Positions 20,888-30,562 of a DNA stretch of 64,000 nucleotides are shown here, one piece after another. Every line of letters begins with the position of its first letter. Positions within the stretch are counted from its first letter, which is position 1. This DNA comes from an uncultured Acidobacteriota bacterium (GTDB lineage: Bacteria; Acidobacteriota; Thermoanaerobaculia; Gp7-AA8). The notes beneath the pieces are model-generated. The model was not told the origin of the DNA, ran no database searches, and worked only from the letters and a program-made list of their open reading frames with translations. The stretch covers positions 192,001-256,000 of the forward strand of contig CAWGHO010000001.1 of the NCBI GenBank assembly GCA_963822445.1. The letters run 5' to 3'. A program made the position numbers and the translations under genes.

Positions 20888-21325
20888 ATGGGTCCCGAGC
20901 CAATCTCGATTCTGGTGGTGGATGACGAACCCGCGATTCGTGCGCTGGTCGCCAAGATCGTGGAGCGCGCCGGTTACCGGGTGGACGTCGCCCGCGACGG
21001 TGCGGACGCCATTGCCAAGCTCGAGCAGAACCACTACGCCGTGCTCATCGTCGATCTGATGATGCCCATCCTGGACGGCTACGCGGTCGTCGACTGGGTG
21101 AAGCACCACGCCGACCGCAAGCCCGCCATCATCGTCGTGAGCGCCGCCGACTCCGCCGCGCTCCGCCGCTTCGACGGCTCGATGGTCCATTCGATCATCC
21201 GCAAGCCGTTCGACGTCGATGTCCTGAGCGATCTCGTTTCGGCAGCCGCGAAGACCATCGGCGACGAGGAAGAGGCGGCCCGCGGCAACAACCTCCTCCC
21301 GTTCCCGCGCGAAAGCGCGTGCTGA
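20888..21325 (+). CDS. Single-domain response regulator
   Basis: ILVVDDE, DLMMP, VSA, KPF receiver motifs. Confidence 0.9.
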   Translation: MGPEPISILVVDDEPAIRALVAKIVERAGYRVDVARDGADAIAKLEQNHYAVLIVDLMMPILDGYAVVDWVKHHADRKPAIIVVSAADSAALRRFDGSMVHSIIRKPFDVDVLSDLVSAAAKTIGDEEEAARGNNLLPFPRESAC

Positions 21326-21484
21326 GCTGCGGGGTTACGAGGTTGCGGGGTTACGGGGTTTAGAAAACCTGACAACCCGACAACCTGACAACCCGGCTAC
21401 CCCGGAACCAAGTTACCCAGCACTAACCCCGCGACCCCGCGACCCCGTAACCTCGTAACCCCGCAACCCCGCAACCCCAAAACC
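21326..21484. repeat. Octamer-repeat inverted structure (GGGGTTRC / RACCCCGY) enclosing an AACCYGAC array
   Basis: The left arm GCGGGGTTACGAGGTTGCGGGGTTACGGGGTT pairs with CCCCGTAACCTCGTAACCCCGC in the right arm. Confidence 0.85.
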
Positions 21485-21516
21485 AGGCACGAAGTCCGCA
21501 AACCGCCCTGCTCGGC

Positions 21517-22797
21517 TTGGCTTTTTACGTTCGTAAGTCGCTCGCGCATGGCCGCATTCGATTCGGAGTCGCACCGAGAAAGCGTCTCGACGAAATCGAC
21601 TCCGATCCGGCGCTGTCGACAGGAGTCTCCGGCGAGTTCATCCGGCGCAAGACCTCCGGGTTCTATTTCGCCGAGAACCGTCTGCAGGCCGGGGGGCCGC
21701 AGTTCCCCACCGCGCAGACCGCGAGCTCCACTCCCTTCTGGCAATCCGTGTTCGACGGCACGACCCGCGGCTGGGTCTTCCTGGCCATGTGCATCCTCGG
21801 CCTGCTGCTCGTTCTTCTCGGTTTCGCCAACGTAGCCCAGGACAACAACGCCGGATGGGCGCTGGTCATCATCGGACTGATTCTCCTGGCCGTCCCCTTC
21901 GGCCTCACCGCCCAGGTTCGCCGCAGGCTTCGCGAAGAAGAAGAGCGCGAGAAAGCGAAGCGCGAAGAAGAAGAGCAGCGCAATCGCGCCGTCCTCGCCT
22001 CCTACATCGAAGCCCTCGAGAACCTGCGCAAGGATCCCAACGACGACACCCTCGACGTCACCGCCTCAGAGCGGCAGCAGCTCGACGTTCCGTACGAGAT
22101 CTGGAGCGGCTACGCGCGCACGACCGTCCTGCAGATCGCGTTCGAGATGCTCCACCGACTCGGCGCGTCGCGCACCGCGGAGATCAACGAACTGGTCAGC
22201 CGCGCCGCCCGTGCCGCCGGCCTGAAACCGGCCCACGAACTGGCCATCAAGCTCGAGATCTACAAGACCGTGATCTGGCATCTCCTCGCCGACGATCGCC
22301 TCGGCGAGGCGCAGGCCGAGGAGATGAAGCACATCCGGAAAGGCCTGGATATCTGGGATCGGGACGTTCCCGAAGAGCTCCAGGCCATGAACGAATTCGA
22401 CCGCCTCCGTGGTGTCGCCCGTACCAACCTGCCGAAGATCGACGACTGCCCGATCGCGATGAAGATCCACGAGTCCTGCATCCACATCAGCAAAGGCTCG
22501 GTGGTGAAGACAGTCAAGCAGCGCGTCGACGGCAAGCGCGTCGACACCCGCGTCCCCAGCGATCCCGCCACGATCTACATCACCAACCGCCGGGTCATCA
22601 TCGAAGGCAAGAAGACCCAGGAAATCCCGCTGACCAAGATCGACGACATCGAGCTGGACATGGACGAGTACGTGATGACCATCAAGGCCGCCCGCGACAT
22701 CGGACAGGTCAACCTGCAGGTCGAAGAGTCGATCTACACCGCCGCGATCCTGGACATGGCCACGACCATCGACGATCGCCCGCGCGCCTTCGCCTGA
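21517..22797 (+). CDS. Hypothetical membrane protein: DUF4236-like N-terminus, 2 TM, coiled coil, PH-like C-terminus
   Basis: MAFYVRKS…IRFG N-terminus, two hydrophobic helices, E/R-rich coil, IYITNRRVII…IPLTKI. Confidence 0.75.
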   Translation: MAFYVRKSLAHGRIRFGVAPRKRLDEIDSDPALSTGVSGEFIRRKTSGFYFAENRLQAGGPQFPTAQTASSTPFWQSVFDGTTRGWVFLAMCILGLLLVLLGFANVAQDNNAGWALVIIGLILLAVPFGLTAQVRRRLREEEEREKAKREEEEQRNRAVLASYIEALENLRKDPNDDTLDVTASERQQLDVPYEIWSGYARTTVLQIAFEMLHRLGASRTAEINELVSRAARAAGLKPAHELAIKLEIYKTVIWHLLADDRLGEAQAEEMKHIRKGLDIWDRDVPEELQAMNEFDRLRGVARTNLPKIDDCPIAMKIHESCIHISKGSVVKTVKQRVDGKRVDTRVPSDPATIYITNRRVIIEGKKTQEIPLTKIDDIELDMDEYVMTIKAARDIGQVNLQVEESIYTAAILDMATTIDDRPRAFA

Positions 22798-22985
22798 GCG
22801 TGAGCGACGGCTGGCTGCGAAAATAGTCGCTCGCGAACTCCCGCCTTCGGCTTAAACTGCCCGCCTCCGGCTCGTCACCGGTTCCCCCAACGAACACCTT
22901 CCCCGGTTCCCCGTTCGCGTGCGCCCGCAAGCCGCGCCCGTCATGTCCCCGCCTTATCTGATTTCAGAGGATTGGAGAGAGAGAG

Positions 22986-24407
22986 ATGAAAAAGAGACTG
23001 GTCCCCGTCTTTCTGGCCGTACTTTGCCTCACCGTTTCCGCAGTCGCAGGCCCCCACATGGTCAAGCCGCAGGCAGTCTTCGCGACGGGCGGCCCGAGCA
23101 CGACCAACAACGACGACACGTGCGACATCGCCGTGATGCCGGCCGCCACGTTGTTGCTTCCCTACTTCGAGGTCGACATCGCCAATCCGGCAGGCGAGAC
23201 CACAATCTTCACCATCACCAACACCACCCAGCTTCCCCAGATCGCCCACATCACGCTCTGGACTGACTTTTCGTTTCCGGTGGTCGACTTCAACATCTTC
23301 CTGACCGGCTACGACGTGCAGAGCATCAACCTGCGGGACGTCATCGTCCTCGGCCGCATCGCGCCTGACGCTGACGGCACCGGGTTCGATGTATCGAACG
23401 TCGGCGTGTTGTCCGGCGACGACGTCAACGACATCGTGTTCGACAATCCCGTGATCTCGGAAGCCACCTGCGTCAACCTTCCGGAAGAGTTCCCGGCGCC
23501 CTACGTCGTGCGCATGCAGTCCGCCTTCACCCAGGGCCGGGTCACGCCGGTAGGCCTGGGCGGTCCATGCAACACGGCCGGAGCCGTTCACACGAACGCG
23601 ATCGGTTACGTGACCATCGACGTGGCCGGCGCCTGCAGCACCTCGCTTCCGACCGACGCGGTGTACTTCAACTCCGAGATCCGTTTCGACAACGTGCTGA
23701 TCGGCGACTACATGCAGGTCAATTCCGATCAGAACTTCGCGCAGGGCAACCCGATGGTCCACATCAGGGCGATACCCGAGGGCGGCACGCCGGCCACGAG
23801 GATCGGACCGGCCTTCGTCGTCAACTTCCCGCGCACGTTCTACTCGCGTTACTCGCCGCTCCGGCAGGACGCGCGTCAACCGCTGCCGTCGCTTTTCGCG
23901 GCGCGGTGGATCGACGGCAGCGGCGCCGGATTCGCCACGACGTACAAGATCTGGCGCGAAGGAAACACCACTTCGACCACGACCTGCTCCGCGTACCCGA
24001 TTCTCGGCGGCGCGCTGGGGATCACCGAGCTCGTTCGATTCGATGAAGAAGAGAACCCGGAAACGTTCGCACCCGACATCGTGGTCTCGCCGCCGCCGAG
24101 CTTCGAGCCGCGTCTTCCGGAATCGTCCCGCACCAGCGTCGCCAATCAGTCGATTTATCCGCCGATCACGACGGGCGACGTCGCCGGCTGGATGTACATG
24201 AACCTCGACACGGCCAATGCCGCCGGGAATCCGCCGGCCAGCCAGAACTGGGTCATCGTCTCGATGGCTTCGGAAGGCCGGTTCTCCGTCGACTTCGATG
24301 CGGCCGCTCTCGGGAACGGCTGCACGCCGGAGACGGACCAGTCCGAGGCCGTGGGCGGCTCCGTGCCGATTGGTCCGGCCCCCAACGTCAATCCGTTCGT
24401 TCCTTAG
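22986..24407 (+). CDS. Secreted hypothetical protein (PAATLLLPYFEVD-type)
   Basis: Signal peptide, purine-rich RBS, strong codon bias, several Cys. Confidence 0.85.
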   Translation: MKKRLVPVFLAVLCLTVSAVAGPHMVKPQAVFATGGPSTTNNDDTCDIAVMPAATLLLPYFEVDIANPAGETTIFTITNTTQLPQIAHITLWTDFSFPVVDFNIFLTGYDVQSINLRDVIVLGRIAPDADGTGFDVSNVGVLSGDDVNDIVFDNPVISEATCVNLPEEFPAPYVVRMQSAFTQGRVTPVGLGGPCNTAGAVHTNAIGYVTIDVAGACSTSLPTDAVYFNSEIRFDNVLIGDYMQVNSDQNFAQGNPMVHIRAIPEGGTPATRIGPAFVVNFPRTFYSRYSPLRQDARQPLPSLFAARWIDGSGAGFATTYKIWREGNTTSTTTCSAYPILGGALGITELVRFDEEENPETFAPDIVVSPPPSFEPRLPESSRTSVANQSIYPPITTGDVAGWMYMNLDTANAAGNPPASQNWVIVSMASEGRFSVDFDAAALGNGCTPETDQSEAVGGSVPIGPAPNVNPFVP

Positions 24408-24421
24408 CTCGCGCCACTCGC

Positions 24422-24447
24422 GGTGCGGCGGCTCCGGCCGCCGCACC
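24422..24447. terminator. Hairpin between convergent genes
   Basis: GGTGCGGCGG-CTCCGG-CCGCCGCACC, perfect 10-bp stem. Confidence 0.55.
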
Positions 24448-24457
24448 CAACGTGCGC

Positions 24458-25396
24458 TTACGAGCTGACGCGATTGCGGCCGTCGCGCTTCGAGCGATAC
24501 AGCAACTCGTCGGCGCGGGCCAGCAGCGCTTCCGGCCTCTCCACCGCGCTGGTCGCCGTGGCGACGCCGAATGACGAAGTGAGATGGATGGCCGCTCCTT
24601 CGAATTCGAACAGGCGGTCCTCGAAGGTCGCCCGGATCTGCTGAGCGATCGCCACTGCCGCCTCGATCGATGTGTCCGGCAGAACGATCACGAACTCCTC
24701 GCCGCCCATCCGCGCGTACACATCCGTCTCGCGGACGAACGATGACTGCACGAGCTCCGACGTGACGCGGAGGATGTGATCACCGGCGGCGTGGCCGAAC
24801 TGATCGTTGACCTGCTTGAACTGATCGAAGTCGAAGGTGATCACACTCACCGGCCGCGCTTCCGACGCGGTGTCGAGGATGAACCCGAGCCGCGCCACGA
24901 GGTAGGACTTGTTGTACGCGCCGGTCAGCGCGTCGGTGATCCCTTTCGCATGCAGGGCCTCGGTGAACTCGACCTCGAGCAGCGAATCGACGTAGCGGAA
25001 GATGCAGTTGCCGACCTTCAGCAGACAGCCCTGCACCAGCGGGACGGGCTGCTTGATGCGCATGCCGTTGACGAGCGTGCCGTTCGTGCTGGCCAGGTCG
25101 TTGATGGTGACGGTGTCGCGGATGCGGATGACCTCCGCGTGAATGCCGCTGACGGCGCGCTCGCGAACGCGGATGTCGCACTCGGGGCGTCGGCCGATGA
25201 TCTGCCGTCCCGGACGCAGCCGGAAGACCTGCCCGGGAAGATCGCCCTCCAGGAGGACCAGAGCCGGCTCGTGGGTCTGGGCCCGCTCGACGGCGTCGGC
25301 GTTCGAATCAGCGGACTCGAGCCGGACTTCGGTCGTCTTCCGCGGAATGGGCTTCTCCTCCGCGGGGCGGATTGCATTCTTCAGACGTTCGAGCAT
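24458..25396 (-). CDS. FHA-domain diguanylate cyclase
   Basis: FHA (GR…S.IHA…DLASTNGT) plus GGEEF active site, with RETD I-site. Confidence 0.92.
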   Translation of the reverse strand: MLERLKNAIRPAEEKPIPRKTTEVRLESADSNADAVERAQTHEPALVLLEGDLPGQVFRLRPGRQIIGRRPECDIRVRERAVSGIHAEVIRIRDTVTINDLASTNGTLVNGMRIKQPVPLVQGCLLKVGNCIFRYVDSLLEVEFTEALHAKGITDALTGAYNKSYLVARLGFILDTASEARPVSVITFDFDQFKQVNDQFGHAAGDHILRVTSELVQSSFVRETDVYARMGGEEFVIVLPDTSIEAAVAIAQQIRATFEDRLFEFEGAAIHLTSSFGVATATSAVERPEALLARADELLYRSKRDGRNRVSS

Positions 25397-25484
25397 TCTC
25401 TTTCTGGGCGTGACGAGAGTTTAAAGCAGGACGCAGGTGATTCGGGTCACAACCCCGGCATAAACCCAGCAAACGCAACGGGTC

Positions 25485-26264
25485 GTGGACTTTCGCGTCA
25501 ACACCTGGCTCGAGCTCCAGGAAGCCCTCTTCGACAACGCGTGGCAGCCCACGCTGCAGCGGTTCCGATCGAACTACGTCTTCCGCGGCACGCCGCGGGC
25601 CTCGCATGGCCTGGAGACCAGTCTCCAGACCGGCGGGTTCGAGGCCCACGAGCGCCACCTGCTGACGAGCTTCCGCAAGTACGCACTCCGCAACGCGGTG
25701 CATGGGGACTGGGTCTGGAACTGGCTGTCGCTGGCCAAGCATCACGGCCTGCCGACGCGCCTCCTCGACTGGACGTACTCGCCATACGTGGCCATGCACT
25801 TCGCGACGCACAATCCGCTGCACTTCGCCGAGGATGGGGCGATCTGGTGCGTCGATTACCGGCGGACCAACGAGCTGCTGCCGAAAGAGCTGCGCAGAGT
25901 CAGCGACGCAGAAGACGTCAACATCCTGACGACGGAGATGCTGAACCGCGTGGCCACGACCCTGCAGGCCTTCGACGATCTGGCGAAACACGATTTCCTC
26001 GTCTTCTTCGAGCCGCCATCGCTCGACGAACGGATCGTCAACCAGTTCGCGCTCTTCTCCCTGCCCTCGAGCGCGACGATGTCCCTCGAAAATCTTCTAA
26101 AGCAACGCGAAGGCACGTACCGCCGGATCGTGATCCCCGCCGCCCTGAAGTGGGAGGTCCGCGACAAGCTCGATCAGGCCAACATCACCGAACGCGTGCT
26201 GTTCCCGGGCCTGGACGGTCTGTCGCAGTGGCTGAAGAGGTATTTCACGACGAGAAAGGAATGA
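25485..26264 (+). CDS. FRG domain protein
   Basis: YVFRG, HHGLPTRLLDWT, RIVNQ…F, LFPGLDG. Confidence 0.92.
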   Translation: MDFRVNTWLELQEALFDNAWQPTLQRFRSNYVFRGTPRASHGLETSLQTGGFEAHERHLLTSFRKYALRNAVHGDWVWNWLSLAKHHGLPTRLLDWTYSPYVAMHFATHNPLHFAEDGAIWCVDYRRTNELLPKELRRVSDAEDVNILTTEMLNRVATTLQAFDDLAKHDFLVFFEPPSLDERIVNQFALFSLPSSATMSLENLLKQREGTYRRIVIPAALKWEVRDKLDQANITERVLFPGLDGLSQWLKRYFTTRKE

Positions 26265-26373
26265 GGGATGAGGAATGAGGGATGAGTAAAAGCGAAGAGC
26301 GAAGCTACTCATCACTCATCACTCATCACTCATCACTCATACCTCATGCCTCATGCCTCGTCCCTCGTCCCTC
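26258..26373. repeat. Heptamer-repeat hairpin (GGRATGA)x4 / CTCATCA-type units
   Basis: The first unit supplies the FRG gene stop. The right arm degenerates ACTCATC > CCTCATG > CCTCGTC. Confidence 0.88.
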
Positions 26374-26411
26374 CCTGCAACCGTCTCGCGCCTGATTCGT
26401 AAGTCGATTCC

Positions 26412-27098
26412 GTGAACGCGATCGTCATCGACAGCGTCGTCAAACGCTACGGCCGCACGACCGCGCTGGCCGGCGTCTCGCTGACCATCAACCGTGGTGA
26501 GGCCATCGGCATCATCGGGCCGAACGGCGCGGGCAAGACCACGCTGATGGGCATTCTGCTGGGGCTCATCGATCCCGACTCCGGCTCGATCTCCATCGGC
26601 GGGCGTTCGCCGCATTCACTTGAAACGAAAAAACTCATCGGCTACGTGCCCGAGCGGATCGGGTTCAGCCGGTGGATGTCCGGCCGCGCGCTTGTCGATC
26701 TGCATGCACAGCTCTGCCGCACCTCCGGTACTGAAGCGATGCTCGAGCGCGTCGGACTCGATCGCGCGGCCTGGGACCGGCCGATGAAAAAGTACTCGCG
26801 GGGAATGCTGCAGCGGACGGCGCTCGCGCAGGCCCTGATCGGCAACCCGCAGTTCCTCTTCCTCGATGAGCCGACGTCCGGAATCGATCCGGCCGGTGCG
26901 ATCCGCTTCCGCGAGATCGTCGATGCCCTCAAAGCCGCCGGCGTGACCGTCGTCCTCAACTCCCATCAACTCGATCAGATGGAGCGCGTCTGCGACCGCG
27001 TTGCGTTTCTGCGCGCCGGCCGCATCGAGGCCATCGAAGACGTCGGCAACGAGCGGCTGGAGGACCTCTTCCTCAAACTCGATGGGAGCGTCGCGTGA
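26412..27098 (+). CDS. ABC transporter ATP-binding protein
   Basis: [22 protein letters not shown]. Confidence 0.93.
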   Translation: MNAIVIDSVVKRYGRTTALAGVSLTINRGEAIGIIGPNGAGKTTLMGILLGLIDPDSGSISIGGRSPHSLETKKLIGYVPERIGFSRWMSGRALVDLHAQLCRTSGTEAMLERVGLDRAAWDRPMKKYSRGMLQRTALAQALIGNPQFLFLDEPTSGIDPAGAIRFREIVDALKAAGVTVVLNSHQLDQMERVCDRVAFLRAGRIEAIEDVGNERLEDLFLKLDGSVA

Positions 27099-27805
27099 AC
27101 CCCGCTCTCTTCGTCGCCACCATCCGCCAGCTCTTCTCGCAACCGGTGCGCACCGGCGCGCTCCTCGGCTGCGCGATCCTGCCGCTGCTCCAACTGGCTG
27201 TCGATCCCGATCCGCGACTCGGCTCGCCGAAGTGGGCTGTGTTCATCGCCGTCATCGCGGCTGCGGGAGTGATCGGCCTGGAAGTGTCGACCGGCTCGCT
27301 CGCGCTCTTTTTCACGCGGCCGATCACACGCGCGACGTACGTGTTCTCGCGATGGGCGGGTGCCACAGCAGTCGCCATGGCTCTCGTCATCGTCAGCCTG
27401 GCTGGCGAAGTCGCGCTGATCCTCGCCCGCGATGGTGAGCTGGGCACGACGCCGTTGCTGCTTGCGCTCGCCGATCGACTGAGCGTTGTCATCGGCATCG
27501 TCTCAGTCATGACCTGCTTCTCGGCGATGGTCTCCAGCCTCGGCGATCTCGTGATCTGGCTCTCCATCCACATCGTGGCCATGTCCCTCGGCGCATCCGG
27601 CGACGCCGCGTCGATGCCTCTTCTGACCGACATGAGCATCGCGCTTCGACGCATTGCCAATCCCGAGATCGACTCCTTCCGCGTCATCTCCTCGATGCGC
27701 CTCCCCTGGTCGCATCTCGCCTTCTACCTCGCCACCGTGTTGCTCGCCCTCGGCATGGCCACGTTCGTGCTCAACCGCAAGGAGCTCTCGTATGCGAGCG
27801 AGTGA
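27095..27805 (+). CDS. ABC-2 type permease
   Basis: About 6 TM helices, E..TGSL.L.FTRPITR motif, GTGA overlap with the ATPase. Confidence 0.87.
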   Translation: MNPALFVATIRQLFSQPVRTGALLGCAILPLLQLAVDPDPRLGSPKWAVFIAVIAAAGVIGLEVSTGSLALFFTRPITRATYVFSRWAGATAVAMALVIVSLAGEVALILARDGELGTTPLLLALADRLSVVIGIVSVMTCFSAMVSSLGDLVIWLSIHIVAMSLGASGDAASMPLLTDMSIALRRIANPEIDSFRVISSMRLPWSHLAFYLATVLLALGMATFVLNRKELSYASE

Positions 27806-29978
27806 CTCCGCGCGGCGCGATCCGCTGATCCTCCTCGCCCTCGGCGCGTTGTTCCTCGCGTTCGGCGCGGCCGCGGCGGTGCTCGAGCATCTCAATCCCA
27901 TCGCCATCCGCAATTACGTGGTCTGGCGAAACGCGAGCGACGCCCGCCGCATCGCCATCGAACAGCAACGGCCGATCCTCTACGCATTCCTCGAGCAGCG
28001 CGACGCGACGTCGATGCAGCTCGAGCGCGAGCTCTTCGGCGATCCGAAGACCGGTGCGGAGCTGAACCGGATGTTCGTGATGGTCCGCAGCGATCCGAAG
28101 ATCGCCGCGCAGTACGGCTTCCGGACCGGGGTCGTGGTCAGCGATGCCGAGGGGGCGCGGCAGACTTCTTTTGGCGGGTATCGGGGGCGGGTGCATGCGA
28201 TCGAATTTCTACGCGCCGCCGCAAAGGAAATGAGCGCGCCCGCGCCGGTCGAGAATGTGGCGAGACCGCTCGTCGAAGCGCTGAGCCGCGTCGGGCACGC
28301 GCACTCGCCGTCGTTTTCGCCGGATGACGCGCGCATCGCTTTCATCGCCGATCTCTCCGGCGAGCCGCAGCTCTGGATCACCGACCGCAACGGCTCGTAC
28401 CCGCAGCTCGTCGCATCGATGGAGCACGGCATCAATGCCGCGCAGTGGTCACGCGACGGAGAGTGGATCGCCTTCGCGTCGGATGGGCAGATCTATCTCG
28501 TGCATCCCGACGGCACCGGTCTTCGTCGCGTGAGTCCGACCGGATCCACCCGCAATCTGATGAGCGGGTGGACGCGCGACGACCTGCTGCCCATCAGCAG
28601 CGTGTTTCGGAACTCGCCGTCGATGGAAGCAGCGCTGTTCGATTCGAAGACCGGACAATCGCGGACGCTGGCGAAGAGTCCCGCATTCGGCGTGATCGTC
28701 GACGTTTCCTGCGACGGCCGCAGCGCGATCGTGCTTCGCCGCGAGGGTGCAATGCGCTCGACGGTGATGGTCGGCGAAGGTGCACGAGAGATCGCGCCGG
28801 CCGCGGGTGATGAGCAGACGATCGCGACGTTCGATTGCAACTCCCGCGACCTCTTCGCCGTCACCAATCACAAACGCGACCGCAGTGCCTTCATGCGCAT
28901 CCGCGGCGGCCAGTTCCAATCCCTCTGGGCACGCGACGACGCCGAGCTCTCCGCGGCCGCGATCGACGACGCTCGCACACTCGCCGCACTCGTCTGGAAC
29001 CGCCACGGCCAGCAGGAACTGGCACTCCTCAATCTACGCGACGGAACGCGCACGAACATCGACCTCCCGCTCAGCAGCATCGCCGACGTCCGTTTCAACC
29101 GCGATGGATCGCAGCTCGTATTCACCGGCAGTGACGCGCAGAAACCTGCAGACATCTGGCTCCTCGACATCAAAACCCGTGAAGCACGCCAGATCACGCG
29201 CAGCAGTCACCCCGGCGTCGATCTGGCGACGCTCGTCCGCCCCGAGCTCATTCACTTCAAAGGTGCGGACGGCTTGCTGCTTTCCGGATGGCTCTATCGC
29301 GCGGTGAAAAGCGACGCCGCCGTGATCAGCCTGCACGGCGGCCCGATGCAGCAGGAAACGGCGAGCATGGGCGCGACCTATCAGGCGCTCGTTGCCGCCG
29401 GCATCACCGTTTTCGCGCCGAACGTCCGCGGCTCGGCGGGATTCGGCAATCGCTTCATGACGCTCGACGACGGCCCGTTACGCGTGAACGCGATCGCCGA
29501 TGTGAAAGCCGCCGCGGAATGGCTCGCACTACATGGCGCAAAACGGCTCGGCGTCATGGGCGAGTCGTACGGCGGCTGGCTCGCGCTCGAAACCGCAACG
29601 CGCCATCCCGGTCTGTTCGCGGCCATCGTCGACTCCTACGGCATGACCGATCTCGACGCGATGATCGACGAGGCCTCACCCGAAGTCGCGCCGATGCTCG
29701 CCGCCGAATATGGGAGCGATCCCGACGAGCTCAGCGTCGACATCGAAGCGATCCGCACACCGACCCTCGTCCTGCACGGCGCGCGCGATCGCATCGTCCG
29801 CCAGGCCCATTCCGACGCGCTCGTTCGCGATCTGCGCCGCCGCCGCGTGCCAGTCGAGTACATCGTCTTCGAGAATGAGGGTCACGGCTTTCACGAAGAG
29901 CGCAATCGCGTGCGCGCGGCGACCGCCATCGTGAACTGGTTCACGAAGACCTCCTGTGACACCATCCGCCGATGTTGA
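27792..29978 (+). CDS. S9 (prolyl oligopeptidase family) peptidase with N-terminal TM and thioredoxin-like domain
   Basis: HGGP, PNVRGS.GFG, GESYGG nucleophile, HG.RD.IV, EGHGF; beta-propeller repeats. Confidence 0.88.
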   Translation: MRASDSARRDPLILLALGALFLAFGAAAAVLEHLNPIAIRNYVVWRNASDARRIAIEQQRPILYAFLEQRDATSMQLERELFGDPKTGAELNRMFVMVRSDPKIAAQYGFRTGVVVSDAEGARQTSFGGYRGRVHAIEFLRAAAKEMSAPAPVENVARPLVEALSRVGHAHSPSFSPDDARIAFIADLSGEPQLWITDRNGSYPQLVASMEHGINAAQWSRDGEWIAFASDGQIYLVHPDGTGLRRVSPTGSTRNLMSGWTRDDLLPISSVFRNSPSMEAALFDSKTGQSRTLAKSPAFGVIVDVSCDGRSAIVLRREGAMRSTVMVGEGAREIAPAAGDEQTIATFDCNSRDLFAVTNHKRDRSAFMRIRGGQFQSLWARDDAELSAAAIDDARTLAALVWNRHGQQELALLNLRDGTRTNIDLPLSSIADVRFNRDGSQLVFTGSDAQKPADIWLLDIKTREARQITRSSHPGVDLATLVRPELIHFKGADGLLLSGWLYRAVKSDAAVISLHGGPMQQETASMGATYQALVAAGITVFAPNVRGSAGFGNRFMTLDDGPLRVNAIADVKAAAEWLALHGAKRLGVMGESYGGWLALETATRHPGLFAAIVDSYGMTDLDAMIDEASPEVAPMLAAEYGSDPDELSVDIEAIRTPTLVLHGARDRIVRQAHSDALVRDLRRRRVPVEYIVFENEGHGFHEERNRVRAATAIVNWFTKTSCDTIRRC

Positions 29979-30562
29979 TTCCGACCGGGTCCGTTCATAA
30001 AGCGACAGCCACTGCCAGCACGATCAAGGAAGTGAAGTGCGCGTTCTGCCATCGCCCTTACTTCTACGTGATGACCCGCAGCGGCAGCGGCCGTGACAGC
30101 GCGCCACTCTGGATCGGGCAGACCGACGCGAAGAACAAGGCCGCGGCCGATGCTCATCGCCAGTTGATGTCGCATCTGACTTACGACGTCGATCCGGTGT
30201 CCTGCCCGAACTGCGGCCGCTATCAGCCAGGAATGGTCGCCGCGGCGCGCGATCTGAAGATGTCGATGAAGAAGATCCTGATCATCAGCGGCATCAGTTT
30301 CGCCGTTGCGTTCATCACCGCCGGCCTGACCTACGACGAGAAGAATCCGAGCAACATCGGCTGGCTCGCCTATCTCGTCCCGGTGATCGTCTTCGCGGCC
30401 CTCGCAATTTACCGCGGCAGGAGCGATCCCAATCGCGATGCCGGAACGCGCATCGGAATGAACCTGGCCGGCCCGGCGCGCTTCGACAGCCGCGCGCGGG
30501 CCGAGGCCGCGCTCAATTCACAACATCCGGCGTCCGCCCCTCCCGCTCGTTCCACGCCCTGA
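29972..30562 (+). CDS. Hypothetical membrane protein with two CxxC (Zn-ribbon-like) motifs
   Basis: CAFC and CPNC, two TM helices. Confidence 0.7.
   Translation: MLIPTGSVHKATATASTIKEVKCAFCHRPYFYVMTRSGSGRDSAPLWIGQTDAKNKAAADAHRQLMSHLTYDVDPVSCPNCGRYQPGMVAAARDLKMSMKKILIISGISFAVAFITAGLTYDEKNPSNIGWLAYLVPVIVFAALAIYRGRSDPNRDAGTRIGMNLAGPARFDSRARAEAALNSQHPASAPPARSTP

Noticed and set aside
18760-26373. Short repeat arrays as CRISPR
   Set aside because: Units are 7-8 bp, contiguous, with no unique spacers and no cas genes.
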